From: a virus
DNA length: 64,000 nt
IMG/VR virus record: IMGVR_UViG_3300045125_000158
Coordinates: 118,618-182,617 of that record
Direction: 5' to 3' (one strand)
Translations under genes and position numbers: made by a program
In this document: positions 24,453 through 37,800 of the stretch, piece after piece
How the letters are laid out: every line of letters starts with the position of its first letter
How positions within the stretch are numbered: the first letter of the stretch is position 1
Notes under the pieces: model-generated
Told to the model about the DNA's origin: nothing
The model's database searches: none
The model's input: the letters and a program-made list of their open reading frames with translations, nothing else

Positions 24453-24755
24453 TCAATCACTGACCAAGAAAAAACTCTCTTCCATAGGAAGATCAAGGTT
24501 GCTATAGGGGCCATGAACGCCTTTTGCTTCAGCCTTAAGCTTATCAGAATTTTCATATGCCAAAATAAGTGACCGCAAATAAAGATTTTTGGTTACTAAG
24601 TGGGTTAGCCACTCTATGGCTAACTTATATTCTATAACTTTTGACATCACATTATATGAAAAAGTATTTATATCAGCACATAAAGCCATGCATAGAATCT
24701 TTTCTATATCTTTATAATTTTCAAGACCTGGATATAAGTCTATTATTCTTTTCAA
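24453..24755 (-). CDS. Hypothetical protein (probably extends to about 24300 via a frameshift)
   Basis: 100-aa ORF with a CAGGAAG RBS. Confidence 0.45.
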   Translation of the reverse strand: MKRIIDLYPGLENYKDIEKILCMALCADINTFSYNVMSKVIEYKLAIEWLTHLVTKNLYLRSLILAYENSDKLKAEAKGVHGPYSNLDLPMEESFFLVSD

Positions 24756-25861
24756 GCTTCCTGAAGTGAATTTATAAATATATTATCTACACCTTCGCTT
24801 GCTAGAGTTTCTTTGCAATTTCTATTTTTAAGCAAAGCTGCGAGATCATTCCATAATGTTTTGATTATATCATATGCTTTTTAGCTTTATTTTTATAATA
24901 CTTACGTGCATCTTTTCAAATTAACAGTCAAAGAATCATTGATAGTAACAGAATTATTCTGCACTACTATATTATGGATAAGCAATTCTTTGGCAATTTC
25001 ATTACGCAAATCCACTCCTTAGTTCACGATTTTATTCTTAGAACGCGCTACCATTTGTTTAGCACTAACTTTCTGGATATAAATTGGACCAATATCTAAC
25101 GAGCTTTGCTTTGTCTCGCTTTCTCTTTTTTAACCCAATCTTTACTTACTTGTTTGCTGACAATTATTTTCATTTTGTTTTACTCAAAATTTGTTTCTCT
25201 TGAATAACTTTCTGCAATTTTGTAAGTTTTTCCTTTTTTGTTCTTTATCAACAAATTTAATGGCGTCCTGTTCTTCCGAAATTTCCTGATCCGGCGGCTA
25301 TTTTTAGTATCTGACTTTTGTCATCAAGTTTTTTTGCTGGCTCATGAATATGCATGTTTGCTGGAACTTTCTGACTTTGCATCACTCTCTTGCAGAGATT
25401 TTGGATCCTTAGCAATTTCTTTGATATTAATAACTTCATCCCGCTTCCTTGTTTTATTCGCTTTCTTAGCAGTACTTTGTTTCGAGTTTTTCTGCGAAAC
25501 TTTATTAATATCTTTTACGGGTACAACTCTGGTGATAAGACCCTCTTTGACAAAGCTCTTAATTTCCTCACCACCAAGATGCTTATTATCAATAAAAAAG
25601 TCTGCTTAGATCTTACGTTTTGCCCCCAAGAAAAACTTAAAGTACAATTAGCAAGATTCTTATATTCAGTTAAATAATTATCTACTTGCGAGTTATCGCC
25701 TTGCAACAAACCCATGCGAATAAAATTTTGTACTTCACTGTTTTTGAATTGCTCGTCAGTAAGATCAACTTCTGCGTGTGGCTTTGAAAACCCCATATAC
25801 CCCTGGGATTACTAAAGAACCTTTTATATTTGGCGATACTTTAAACATCATATACAGCTCC

Positions 25862-27311
25862 TTAAATACTTCTTAATCTTACACGAAGGTCTTTCATTAC
25901 GCCAACATGCGTATTGACATTATAAGGCTTTCTATCGTGTGGTTTGTCTTCGTTTTTATCGTCTAACATTCTTGTAACAGTACTATTTCGCCCTAATACT
26001 GAATCGCTACTAAAATCTCCACCCTGTCCTTCGTAATCGTCTTGCAAATCTATTCCGTAATCTGTGGTCAAACCCATACTGCTTGCGTTGCCCGTCTCAG
26101 ATTGTGGCGTACCTTCAAATGTATCAAACAAAGGCACATCACTAGGCCACTCTTTGTTATTACTAAAAGAAGAACCTCCACCAGGCATGCCTTGACTTTC
26201 AGGAGGATTATGCCCAGGTCTTAGCTTATCTACAGTATCCTCACTACCAGGAACTCCAACTCGCTTGCGATATGGGTCTGTTCTCTCTGGAGCGTATGGA
26301 TTAAAAGCTGTAGGTGGATCTCTTCTAGAAAATTTTTGCAAGTTAAAAGGGAACATCGGAACCTGATATCCTTGGGCCATCAATACTGTCCGCTTTTGCA
26401 ACACCTTCGTTATTGGGTTCTTCATCCAAATTCGGTTCTTCATCCAATGGCTTACCTAGTCTAGATAACATCTGCGCCTCATCTTGACGCAACGGATCAA
26501 CATCAACAGGATCAAATCCTTCTTTGGTTTTTACTGGGTCAGTCTCAGCCAATGCAACCAACATAGTTTCTTTATCTCTATTAATATTATTAACTAGCTC
26601 TTGTTCTTCGCTATTAATCTCTCTGTTTTCTGCACTTGCTTTTAAGTATATACCAAACAATAGCTTATCAGCTGTCTCAAGAGCTGCAACAATCTTTCTG
26701 TCTACTCTCTTATCTGGGAGACCAGCCTGATTTTCTATTGTAATTTTTTTGTTGGCATTACTTCTATTCTCATAAGCATCGCTACTAGATGGCATTCCAT
26801 CAAGATTCTTGAATCGCATAGGATTTGAATTAAGCTGACTGCCCTCTTGTGGAACATTCACCAAAACTTTAGTTGGCTCACCATCTAATTGCTTGTTTAC
26901 ATACTTGTCCCAAAATAATGTATCTGCTTTCTTGTTTGCTTTTGAAAAAGCATTACGCCACTTCTGGTCATACGCTTCACTAAGCATATTTATAGGCATC
27001 ATAAGATACTTATCATCACCATCGCTAAACTGCCTATGAGGGAAGAGTGAAGAATCACTATCAGTTAGTGATCCTTCTGTTATTTTTTCTGCTTTCTTAG
27101 CCTTTTTTACGTACATCATCAAGCATGGCCTCATGAGTTTGCGGGCCATTCTTTAGTTCGCGTCTATCTTTTTCTAGATAAGTATTAAAATTGCTTACAT
27201 ACTTTTCATTATCCAAAGATAAATTATATTTTTCATTCATTTCAGGCAGAGCGGTTGACAATGGCATGACGCTCTGATTTACTTTTGTGCTTTTTTCAAA
27301 TTAAAACTCAT
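25862..27311 (-). CDS. Hypothetical protein (frameshifted)
   Basis: GAGGAG RBS, starts MSFNLKKAQ; ORFs 26343-27149 and 25862-26443. Confidence 0.5.
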
Positions 27312-30300
27312 TTTAAACTCCTCTACGGGGATAAGATGCCGTTTTTCTAAATCGTGAGCAACTTTTCCACCAGACCCAATTCCATAAGGCACGCCCTGCA
27401 TAGATCTCCACACAATATCGTTATTACCATTTACTGGTAAATTAATCAATTTTCCTTGCGGCAATCTGTCAACTTCTTTTTTCAATACAATTATAACAAG
27501 CACCTGCTAAAGCGTCTACGATATCATCAGTTGTAACGTCTCCATCTCTTTTGGGGTATACTTTATATCCACTATTCAACCACTTTCGTTGTAAATTTTT
27601 CATTTCATTCTTTAGCAATAGATGATTAGGAATAAACAACTTCCTCTGAACAACTAATTGATATAAATTGTCATAAATAATGTTCTTATATCTTTTAGTA
27701 AACGGCGTCATCTTGGTAGGAACGCCTTTTTTACGTAATTTTTCAATGCTATAATGGCTATTAAAATGGTCATATGTCACAACTCCAAGACAAAAATCGA
27801 ACGTTTAAACTTGCAACATATTCATCCACCTCGTCTATAAGTATTGGCCTATTAGGAGCAGGACTCCAGTATTTAATATGATCTACTATTATTCGCCAAT
27901 CCTTTTTCATGTTCTCTTTATCAAAATATACCTCTTTGTGGGCCATTACAAGAGCGTAATTGTGACTAGATGTCGCAGGATCTAAATGTGCAAAATAATA
28001 AACACCAGCTTTTCCATGATCAATTAATTTAAGCAACTTGTCGTTGAAACAGTCCTCAACTGCTTCTTCTGGAAAAAGTTTTCACCAGAAGTACCTGAGG
28101 AATTCTGCACCAAATTCCATTCTGAATTTTTCTTCAGGCATACTTGGAAATGCAGCCATAAGGCCTTCTTTGCTCTGCATAGGGTTTACCTGCCATGTTG
28201 CAGCCTGACAAACTAATCTATGATCAACCTCTGCATGATTGACATACAAATCGTAAAAAATACCTTCTTTGCCTCTTGGCGTACTCAAACATATGATTTT
28301 ACCATCATATATCTTATCTACAATCTGTTTATTATCCTTATCAAGTACTGGTTCGCCTTTATCATCAACTTTAGGCACTTCACGTACATATGTTTTTACT
28401 GCAGGGGCAAGAGAGTTAAATATCGCATCACCAGAAGATGCACCAGCCGTGTTTTTATAAAGTCCAATTTCGTCAAGCAACAAAACATAACATGATATAC
28501 CTACTAGCGTGTCTGAGTTACTGTGACCGCTTTTGACAACTATACTCCCAAGATTTGGCGCGAAAACCTTTTGATACGAGTTCTTCGTTTCTCTTTCTAT
28601 CTTCTGGTGTTAAGAAATGTATACCATCCGAAGTTACACCCTCAGGCAATATTTTATCTCTAAAATATTCGCTTTGTAAAACTTTATCTTTGATTTCGCG
28701 AAGAGAATTTTTGCTTGCAGAAGAATTTGCAATTGTTAAAATTGTGAATGGTGTAGCTGAACCCAAATTATAAATTTTATACGGATCTCCGCCAGGCAAT
28801 TCTAACAACCTCATCGCTTCATACAACGCAATAATTGAACACAAAAATCTTTGCCTGAATTTTTTACGATGGAATCCCTGACAAACAAAATTTTGCAAAT
28901 GCTCTTGATCACTAACTTGTAAGTCAAATACTCTTTTTCATCAATTGATAGATTTTATTTTAGAAAATGAAACTTTCGCATGTCTCTTTGACACTTTGCA
29001 TTTTTTATAAGATTGTCTATTAGATTATTTATATTACTGTTTCTTCCTATAAATCTAATTTCATCAAGAAAAGTTTTTATATGTCGATATTTTTTAAACT
29101 CTAGACAATATGATAAACAATCATAATTGTAAAGTTTTCCTTCTGTCTTTATTTTAGTTTTTTGCTTTCTTGTTCTAATCGTTGCTATTATTCCGAATTT
29201 TTGCAACAGTGCTTGCACGGCCTGCACTTGCGATTTATTTATCGATGCAAAACCCACAGTCATATTTGCTTGGTTATTTTTTCTAAAATGATAAACCCAT
29301 CCGTCACAGCTAAACAGGGATTTCAGATAAGCGGCCACAACATTCTTGGGGCAATTAAATAATGCACTTGGCACGCACTTGTTGTGACTCGTTTTACCCA
29401 TAAGATCGTGCTTTATTAGAAGTTTTACAAGATCGTTTTTATCTCTTGTTGATATGTTTCTCTGCTTTTTTCTCATCAAAATAATTTAGAGTAACAAATT
29501 TTTTGGATCGTATTTTATAAGCATATTTTTTACTGTCAGCCTTAGTCCATGTATCCTTGATTAATTCGAGATTATCACTCAGATTATTCAAATGCTTTTA
29601 CAAAATCTGCACGTATATCTTCGTTTTTTGCAGTAAAAAAAACTGCTGCTTGAGAACAACAGCCATCACCTGTTATATATCCTAATATAGCAGCTTCATC
29701 CTCACTAATTGCATTTGAATTGCCAAAAAATGGAATTGATTCGGTTATTGCTATTCTATCACCAGTATTTAAATCTTTACACTCGATCCATCCCCTGTCA
29801 GTAAGCATCGGATGATTGTCTGTAACTTCTATTTCATGCCCTGTAGAAGATGTAATCTTGTAAACACTTCTTCGACCCTGCGGTATGACGCCGCAATTGT
29901 CCATCACAACCATTTTGTTTTGCGATTCATCGTATGTCCAAGAAGATACTATTTTCTGTTCTTCCCACGCCTGTTTAGAAGTAAATTTCTCACCTGTTCT
30001 AGCATCAATCAAAACGCCATCTTCAGAAATACAATTGTGGCATATAAAACCATTTGCCACAAAATTTTGCAAGCTTTCATGTTCACTAACTTGAAGATCA
30101 AAAGTTCTTTTTGTACCTATTTTTTTGATTATTTTTACTGTCGCAAAAATTGGAGCTATCTAAATCATGCTCACCCTTAACATTCTGTTGAACAAGTTCG
30201 CTCTCATATGAATAATTAAGCAAACCAATTTCTTGTATAAATGTTTTAACATGCACATTTTTATCAATTGTAATAATAAAACTAGAACGATATTTATCGA

Positions 30301-31481
30301 GCTTATTTTTAATCGTAGCAAATATGCCAAACCTTGACAGCAGATGCTGAATATGCTTAGCTAACAAAGAACTGTAAACTTTTAGTTCTAGCTTTGCTGT
30401 AAACTTTTTCCTTGCTTACAAATAAACACTGCATCACTACTATATATTGCTCTCAAATATGTACTAATAATATTCTTAGATGAATTGAAAATACGCACAG
30501 GAACAAACTTTTTGACTTGGACTTTTGTTTTTTAATCCATTTTGAGCCAGTAAGTTTATAATATTTGTATCGTTGTCTAAATAATTTTTCATCGTATATA
30601 AATACGAGTACTTTCTTTCATCAAAAGATCGTATATTATGTTTATCTGCAAAATCTACAAGCATTTCTGTTTTTAGCGATTTCAAATTTGCTTTGAAATC
30701 ATCATAAACAGCACCATCATACAGCGTTGTAGCTATATGTATACCCGTTGAATCAAAACTGTTACTGCATATATATCCTAATATAGCGGCTTGTGATTCT
30801 TGCAAATCAAAATTGTTACCAAAGAAAGGCTGTGATGCTGCAATAGCAATCTTATCTTTTATTTTTAAGTCTTTTGAGTTTCTTCCATCCCTTATTTGTA
30901 AGCATTGGATGGTTTTCAGTTGCTTCTATCTCGTGACCAGAGTCAGTTTGTATCTTATAAACTTCACGCATACCTTGATATATCAAGTTTGAATTTGGCA
31001 TGAGAGTCATGACTTTGTTTTTTCATCAAATGTCCACGCATCTAATGTTGTTTTCCAAAATTCCATAAATCGCCCAATCTCCAGATTCTGCCTGTTTTGG
31101 GTTCAACAATTTCACAATCTTCACTAAGGCATCTACGACCCCATACTAAAACTAACTCTCTAAAATCATGCTTTGAATTCCATTTATCAATCAAGTTGCC
31201 TTTTTCAATAGAATTTAGAGAGTTTTTATTGATGAGATCAATATCTTCCTTACTAAGCGCAAGGTCTTCGTTACCTTGACTGCCTCTGTAGAAGCATTTT
31301 AAGAACTAATTTTTGTAGATCAAATAGCTTATATGGAAGTCCCAAATACTTTTTGTTATCCACAAACTCTAGGATACTAGGTATTTTTGTCAAAGACTTG
31401 CGAATCGTGCTGTATCTTTTCGCGAAGACCTTTGAACAATAGATTATCATTAGTTTTTTTATTTTGTTTATCCTTAGCCAT
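27279..31481 (-). CDS. terL: Terminase large subunit with two tandem inteins (frameshifted)
   Basis: Spliced Walker A ELVLVWGRR|SGKDF; Walker B CYVLLLDEIG; coupling motif CLSTPRG; nuclease domain YFAHLDPATSS, TYDHFNS, DDIVDALAG. Confidence 0.9.
28859..30033 (-). mobile_element. TerL intein B (about 390 aa, LAGLIDADG motifs intact)
   Basis: CISEDGVLIDART...EVTDNHPML...AAILGYITGDG...AYLKSLFSCDG...FDLQVSDQEHLQNFVCQGF(I)VKN|SGK; the last codons need a 1-nt correction. Confidence 0.85.
30034..31131 (-). mobile_element. TerL intein A (about 366 aa, LAGLIDADG motifs degenerate)
   Basis: WGRR|CLSEDCEIVEPKTG...EATENHPML...AAILGYICSNS...YLRAIYSSDA...FDLQVSEHESLQNFVANGFICHN|C. Confidence 0.85.
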
Positions 31482-31483
31482 TT

Positions 31484-32013
31484 TTATCTCAAATCAGAGC
31501 CCTGCTTATATACGTACCAGACATTCCCGCCATCAATACTTATAAACTTTAATATATCTACAGCCCCAGCCGTAGCACTTAAACTTATAGAAGCAGCACC
31601 AGGAGTTTTAAACGTTCCACTGAAATTTAATGAATGTCCTCCGGTAGACTGCGCCACCAATAAAGTCAATTCAAATGCTGCATCGTCATTCAAATTTGAC
31701 AATATACTAAAGTAGTATTTCCTGTCAAAGTAATTTTTTGCATGTTTCCAGCAGCTTGTACTTATTTGATATGTTGTAGCAATAGATCCAGCATTATTTG
31801 GTTTTATAAAATAACAATCTAATAAAGGCTTCTTGCAACTTGCTTTGTTGAAATCTACTGCAAAAGACGTTTCGCTTATTTGCATAGTTGTTTTGTGCCA
31901 TTACCGCTATACAAGAATCGCAAATCAGAATCTATACCTAAATTTGAATTATTCAAATAAAACAAATCATTATAAGATTGTGCTGGAGTTTTGCTGCCAA
32001 GATTATTGCTCAT
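31484..32013 (-). CDS. Putative virion structural protein with a tail-fibre-like C-terminal beta domain
   Basis: AAAGGA RBS and ATG at 32013; FELTLLVAQSTGGHSLNF...SATAGAVDILKFISIDGG resembles phage fibre C-termini (recalled, not searched). Confidence 0.45.
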
Positions 32014-32031
32014 GGTTTTCCTTTTTACAAA

Positions 32032-32520
32032 TTAACCCAACCTATGAATTGATACTCCAAATCTATATCTGCCCAAGAGATTGTACAAATCGCCAAACCT
32101 ACCTTTTGAGTCTCCTACTATAGTAATCGGATAACCAATCGACTCGGATAGAACTGCATAAGTAAGCGGCACTGATATATATTGATCTATAAGAAATTGG
32201 TCTATAGTTTGATAACCATAAACAGAACCATACTGTGTTAATATATGATCATTTAATGATCTAATTGCATCAAAAATGGTTCTAGCATTATTAAAATGCT
32301 CAGTTATAATTAATGCATAGCTTTTTACTATACAATGATCAAGATCTATTCTTCTTGTTGCATCAGTATTTACATTTGCCTTCTGTAACTCCGTATGCAT
32401 GTTATATAAATACTTGAGACTCGTGAGGCTTAGATCGTAAGCTTCAGATATAAACTCAGTTACAACGCGATAGTCATATGTCCCAATTCTACCAGTTACA
32501 GAAGTCATATTATTTTCCAA
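32032..32520 (-). CDS. Hypothetical protein
   Basis: 162-aa ORF. Confidence 0.55.
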   Translation of the reverse strand: MENNMTSVTGRIGTYDYRVVTEFISEAYDLSLTSLKYLYNMHTELQKANVNTDATRRIDLDHCIVKSYALIITEHFNNARTIFDAIRSLNDHILTQYGSVYGYQTIDQFLIDQYISVPLTYAVLSESIGYPITIVGDSKGRFGDLYNLLGRYRFGVSIHRLG

Positions 32521-34260
32521 TTAACGATATATAATCATTTCAAAATAACGCCAATCAAATGATTGTAACTCATCTATCTGTCGAAATCTAAACCAATAAT
32601 ATTCGCCTCTTTGCAACAATTCTGTGTCTTTGCAAACGTATTTTATTTTTTGCCCTACAAAATTACTTGTTATACCATTTGCAGAGAATGGCTTGTAATT
32701 ACCATCCAAGATCTTCAAAATACCAATTCTGTACATCATCAAAAGTTTTCTTAATGAATATCTGTTGTCCCAAATCAAAATCATCGTAATATTTTGCTAT
32801 CTCCAATTCCAAGATTGTAAAATCTAAAATCACCAGAATAATGTTCCAAATCAGCAATAAATTCCCATGAACCTATTGTTCTTATATTTTCCAGCAGGTA
32901 TAACAGCCTCATAATTGGCATCTATCTGCGTTTGTAATATAATATCGCAAATCTTATTTTTAGTGTAACTGAGATAATCTCCAATTGTCGTGTAAGTTAC
33001 ATCATATTGTTTTCTATTCAGATCTGTAGCGTAGTTGAAAAAATCTTTCACTACACGATAATAATCTGATCTCCAAGAAGTATCGTTGTACTTAATATAG
33101 AGATCATTAAATGGATATAATAAATCCTGAAGTACTTGAACGTCTGTTCCTCTTGCAATTTTGTTTCGCAAATTTTTTATTACATTACTTCTTCGATTAT
33201 CAAAAATAATTGCTTTTGCAAGAATATCTTCCATATTCTGCCAAGACGTATCGATTGGCAAAAGATTAGATGTTTCAAAAGCTGTTGGAAACTGAAATAC
33301 TTGCAAAGGGTCGCCAAAACAACAGAGGCTACTATCTAGATATGGTTGCATAAAGAAAAGCCTCGCAACGTCGCTCCTCTATATAATGTATCCATAAAGG
33401 AGTTGGACGTAAAAATTCTTTGGCGTCGTCAGCCTTCATACTACCAGCTGTAGCTATATAATCACTACGCAAAGCAAGAATAGGCCAAGTTCTACCAGCT
33501 ATATTACGAACTGTTCTTGCTCCATCACTGTCAGCATTATAGAAAAAACCTCTTATATGCGCAGTTGTCTTAAAAAAACTTGTTGATCCTCTGTTGATTC
33601 CCCATCCCCAATAAAATGAGTCGTCTGACAAACCTGAGAAGAACGGATCGCGATTGGCAGCAATTTGTACTGTTTTTCTTACAGGCGACCAATTCTACCT
33701 ATAGTTATTTCCAAATTCAACTAAATCAGAAGTATATGATGAAGCCCCACTATATGTATAGTTAGAATATGCGTCAAGATAAAAAAGCACCACTAGCCAA
33801 CAATCTTGAGTTTGTATTTTCTATGTTTTCCTAACCACCTTTCCACAACTGAATATTGGTCCATCTATTCTGCTACAAATCATAAAATTTATAGCATCGT
33901 CATCATTGAATCTTTTGAATATCTGTCTATTATATATTGGATTTGTATTATTTCTTGCATAGCTAGATTGCATTCTACTCAGTCTACTTGTAGCTGAAAC
34001 TATATTTTCACCATCATAGAAACCACCAGGAACGAATGGCATCAACACAAAACCAAAAACATTTCTATTCACAAGAGTTCCGCTATTCATTGCTGCAAAT
34101 ATTGGCAACTCTACTTGTGTCTGAAAATCTGTATAATTTGCAAGTATTTCAACGTTAGAACATGGTATGGGTACTAACTGGTCATTATCTAAATTATGCA
34201 GTTTCTTATATTTTTGCGCAAAGAATAACTGTCACTGTCGTTATTGCGATATATACAAAT
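32521..34260 (-). CDS. Hypothetical protein(s), frameshifted
   Basis: ORFs 33821-34108, 33332-33631, 32851-33351, 32521-32784 in series. Confidence 0.4.
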
Positions 34261-34320
34261 TAGATTTTCTTTTGCGAAATTGCCCATTTATAATTTTGCC
34301 TAATATATAGATTATCGTAC

Positions 34321-34353
34321 TAAAAAAAATACCATAGAATATATCTATGGTAC
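34321..34353 (-). terminator. Terminator after the nrdJ-dut operon
   Basis: TACCATAG-N7-CTATGGTA hairpin followed by T8 on the minus strand. Confidence 0.65.
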
Positions 34354-34386
34354 TAAAAAAACATCGTTTTTACCTTTAGACAGAAA

Positions 34387-34860
34387 TCAAGTTCCTGTCG
34401 ATCCAAAACCACCAGTCCCTCTATCAGATTCAGTCAAAGTATCTACTATTACAAAATTCGCTTCCTCAGTTTTCCTAATTACTAATTGTGCAATTTTGTC
34501 ACCTTTTTTATATTTATTGTAAATGTCTGGAACAATTAAATAATCTTCATTATTAACTTCTGGTGCTATTGCTCGCAAGACAGCCTTGAATCTTACTAAA
34601 ATTTCTCCTCGATACCCATTGTCAACTAAACCAATAGAATTTGCCAAAACTAGATCATATTTACTAATGCTGCTTCGTGGAAAAATTTCAATATGATAGC
34701 CTATATCTGGACATACACTCAGGCCAGTTCTATATTGTATAAATCCTTCTTTGCTTACAACGCCATCATCAATTGCAACGATATCGTAACCAGCATCTGT
34801 TGCATTTGCTTTAGCAGGAATAACTGCATCCTCTGACAACTTCTTTACTTGTATATTCAT
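34387..34860 (-). CDS. dut: dUTPase (trimeric)
   Basis: Motifs AGYDI, PRSS, GLVDNGYRGEI, KIAQLVI, RGTGGFGSTG. Confidence 0.97.
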   Translation of the reverse strand: MNIQVKKLSEDAVIPAKANATDAGYDIVAIDDGVVSKEGFIQYRTGLSVCPDIGYHIEIFPRSSISKYDLVLANSIGLVDNGYRGEILVRFKAVLRAIAPEVNNEDYLIVPDIYNKYKKGDKIAQLVIRKTEEANFVIVDTLTESDRGTGGFGSTGT

Positions 34861-34870
34861 CTCATTCTCC

Positions 34871-37800
34871 TTAACCACACTTTGATCCGCCGCAATCCTT
34901 GCAAGTCAAACATCCTTCCATTCTTACGACATTCGCTCCGCCGCATGAAGAGCATTGAGAACCGGTAACCTTAGTTCCATCAGCTATATACTTTTTCAAA
35001 ACTCTAGCCATAGCTTTACCAAAATTAGTCATGTCTCCCGGCGACTTCTCTAGCTGATCAACGATAAATGATATGTCGGAACCATGCCTCAAAGCCAAAC
35101 TAATCATGCGTGTGATAACTGCCTGTTCGTCAGTAAGTAAATCGCAAACATTTTCAACCTTTGACCCGTCCTCTGCATGCAACTCGTAATGTCCTCGTTT
35201 ATTTTTGGTAAGAGTTCCTTTCTTTAGTGTTGTGATGCATCCGTTCTTACCCGCAAATACTTCGTACGGATGACCCTCAAGCATGCTAACAAGAACAAAG
35301 AAATCTTCACCACGAGATTTGATATGATGTATATCACAATCAAGAGTCTTGGGTCGCTTTGGAGCATTCGTCTTAGTAAGCGATTCCTTCTTCTTTTCAG
35401 TGTTTGATACAAGAACGCCAGTGCGACATCCGTCACGATATACAGTAAATCCTTTGCAGCCAGCCTGCCATGCTTTCATGTAAACTTCTGCAACAACTTC
35501 TTGCGTTGCTTCGTTAGGCAAGTTACATGTTTTGCTAATAGCGTGATCAACCCATTTTTGAGCAACGCCCTGCAAATCTACGCTAGCAGCCCAATCTACG
35601 TCGTTGCTTGTTGCCTTGTAATAAGGTGACTCCTTGTAAAATTCAAGATCTTCGGCAGTTGCTATGTTCTTAATTTGATTCGTCTGGAATTTCATATCCA
35701 TTAGCGTCCATCCACGCCTTGAATTGATGATGGAATACTGGGAATTCTTGCCACTTATCTCCGTTCTGATCAACAAAATCAACTCGCACATTCTGGCCAT
35801 CACCGGGATTTATTTTCTTACGACGCTTGTAGAAGACTAAATATGCTGGCTCGATACCAGAGGTGGTTTGGCGTAACTGTTGATACAGAACCCGTAAGGC
35901 GCAGTTGTTAGGTTAGCGATATTTCTGCGACCGTACTTGCTATACAATTCATATACATCTGGTGCGGCATCCCAAATTCTTTGCAAATAAGGATGATTCT
36001 TTTCAAGCTTGTGATCAAAAATAGGGAATGCACCACGATCTTTGCCATCTTGCAACTAGAGCGATAAGAACCAACAGCAAGACTCTTATAAATCATTTCT
36101 GTAATCTCAATGCTCTCTTTGCTACCATATCGGACATTCAAAGCAGCAATAGCGTCACCTAGAGCAGTAATTCCAAGTCCCGTTCTACGCCCCTCAATAC
36201 ATGCCTTGCGTATGTTAAGCCACAACTCTTTTTCAACCAGTTTTACTTCATCAGATTCTGGATCGCTCTCTATTTTAGCTAATATTTTAGCAATCTGCTC
36301 TAATTCAAGGTCGATCATGTCGTCCATGAGTCTCTGTGCAATTTCCGCCATTTGCTCAAGTTTTTTGATAATTAAACTTGGCATTTTTGTAAATTTATCT
36401 GTCTACAAAACTCAACAAATTAACGCACATAAGCCGGCACGAATCTCTAGGACTTAAGATGATTTCGCCACAATTTTTGCTGCAAATCATATGCCATTCT
36501 TTTGCCATCTTTTTCATTTGACCAACCACCCATGTAGTAGTTATTAAATTCATCAACTGTACCATTATAGACAATATCTTTGCCTAGGTATTCAACAGAT
36601 TGGACACGATGATTGTGCTGCAAAGCTGCTGCTTTGAGTTCGGAAAAACTATAAAATCCGTTTTTAGTTCGCAATCTAAAAGATATCTTTTGAGTTCTAC
36701 ACTCGTTTTCCCACTCCTTAAGCAAAGGCTCTCGACACAAAGCCTGCTTGAGTTTTGTATAGATATCTAACTTGTCTTTTTTGTTTTTGTTAGCGTAATT
36801 ATGATACGTTGCATTTATTGATTCTTTTCTGCGAATATTTACATTAGTAGTATTGTTAAGATAAATATTGCTGCAGCTCAGGCTACATACAGATTGCTCT
36901 CTATTGTAGTAATTTACAGCGTATGAATTTTTGCAGCATTTACAATTCTTGATTACATAAACTTCAGATCCTTCGATGTAAGCTTCATAACCTTGCTCGA
37001 TAGCCTTTCGATGAGTTTTAACTAAACGCGGATCAATATCGATATCAGCAAAATTGAGAGCAAGAGCACATTCCTTTGCTAAATCCAAAATATTACCCAA
37101 TTCAGAAGATCGATATGCGGTAAATGTTTGTGGCAAGTTGTTTTTCTTTGCGTACTCAATCCACTCAAGATGTGAAAATCTTGCTCCAACTTGCTTAGTA
37201 AGAATCATTGCGTGTTCTCTAATTTCATCATTGGTATAATTTTTGCGTTTCCATTTTTATCATTACTACAAGCCTCAGACATTACTTGTGAGTAAGCGGC
37301 AAATCTTTCTTTATCAGATTTGATCTTGTAGATGGGGGTTCGCTAATCCACGAATCATGTTGCCGTGATACTGTGCATGAGCATCCTTGTGCATGCTTTC
37401 TAAATTGCTCGGGTTATTATTCTTAGGATTATGATCCTTATGATGCACATGATGATGCTTAGCTACTGGCCCATAATGATGTTCGAACACGTAACGATGC
37501 TCTGACTTTTTAAAATTAGAATTACTATTAGCGAGTATATAATATAAAAGCTTATTGTTTGTAGACTTTTGGGTTGAGAATGCATCTACTATTGTTGACT
37601 CAGAATTTTCTTGCAATGTGCAAGCTGTCGCCATGTTTCAAATTTTTTACTTCGACGAAATCACCAGTATTCAATAGCACTTTATGGTTGCCAGTAGTTT
37701 TAAATTCCGAACCATCATCCAAAACAACTTTATAAACATCCTCACTATGTCCAGTTATTCTTGGGTTACGCATTGTCCTTACAGCAATCCTGCCTTGATG

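Noticed and set aside
27246-27276. CAGAGCG/CGCTCTG hairpin
   Set aside because: Lies inside the 5' coding part of the gene starting at 27311, has no U tract, and is probably chance.
9720-31400. Alternative genetic code (stop-codon reassignment)
   Set aside because: Breaks are frame shifts rather than in-frame TAG or TGA within otherwise continuous frames, and TAA, TAG and TGA all end genes normally.
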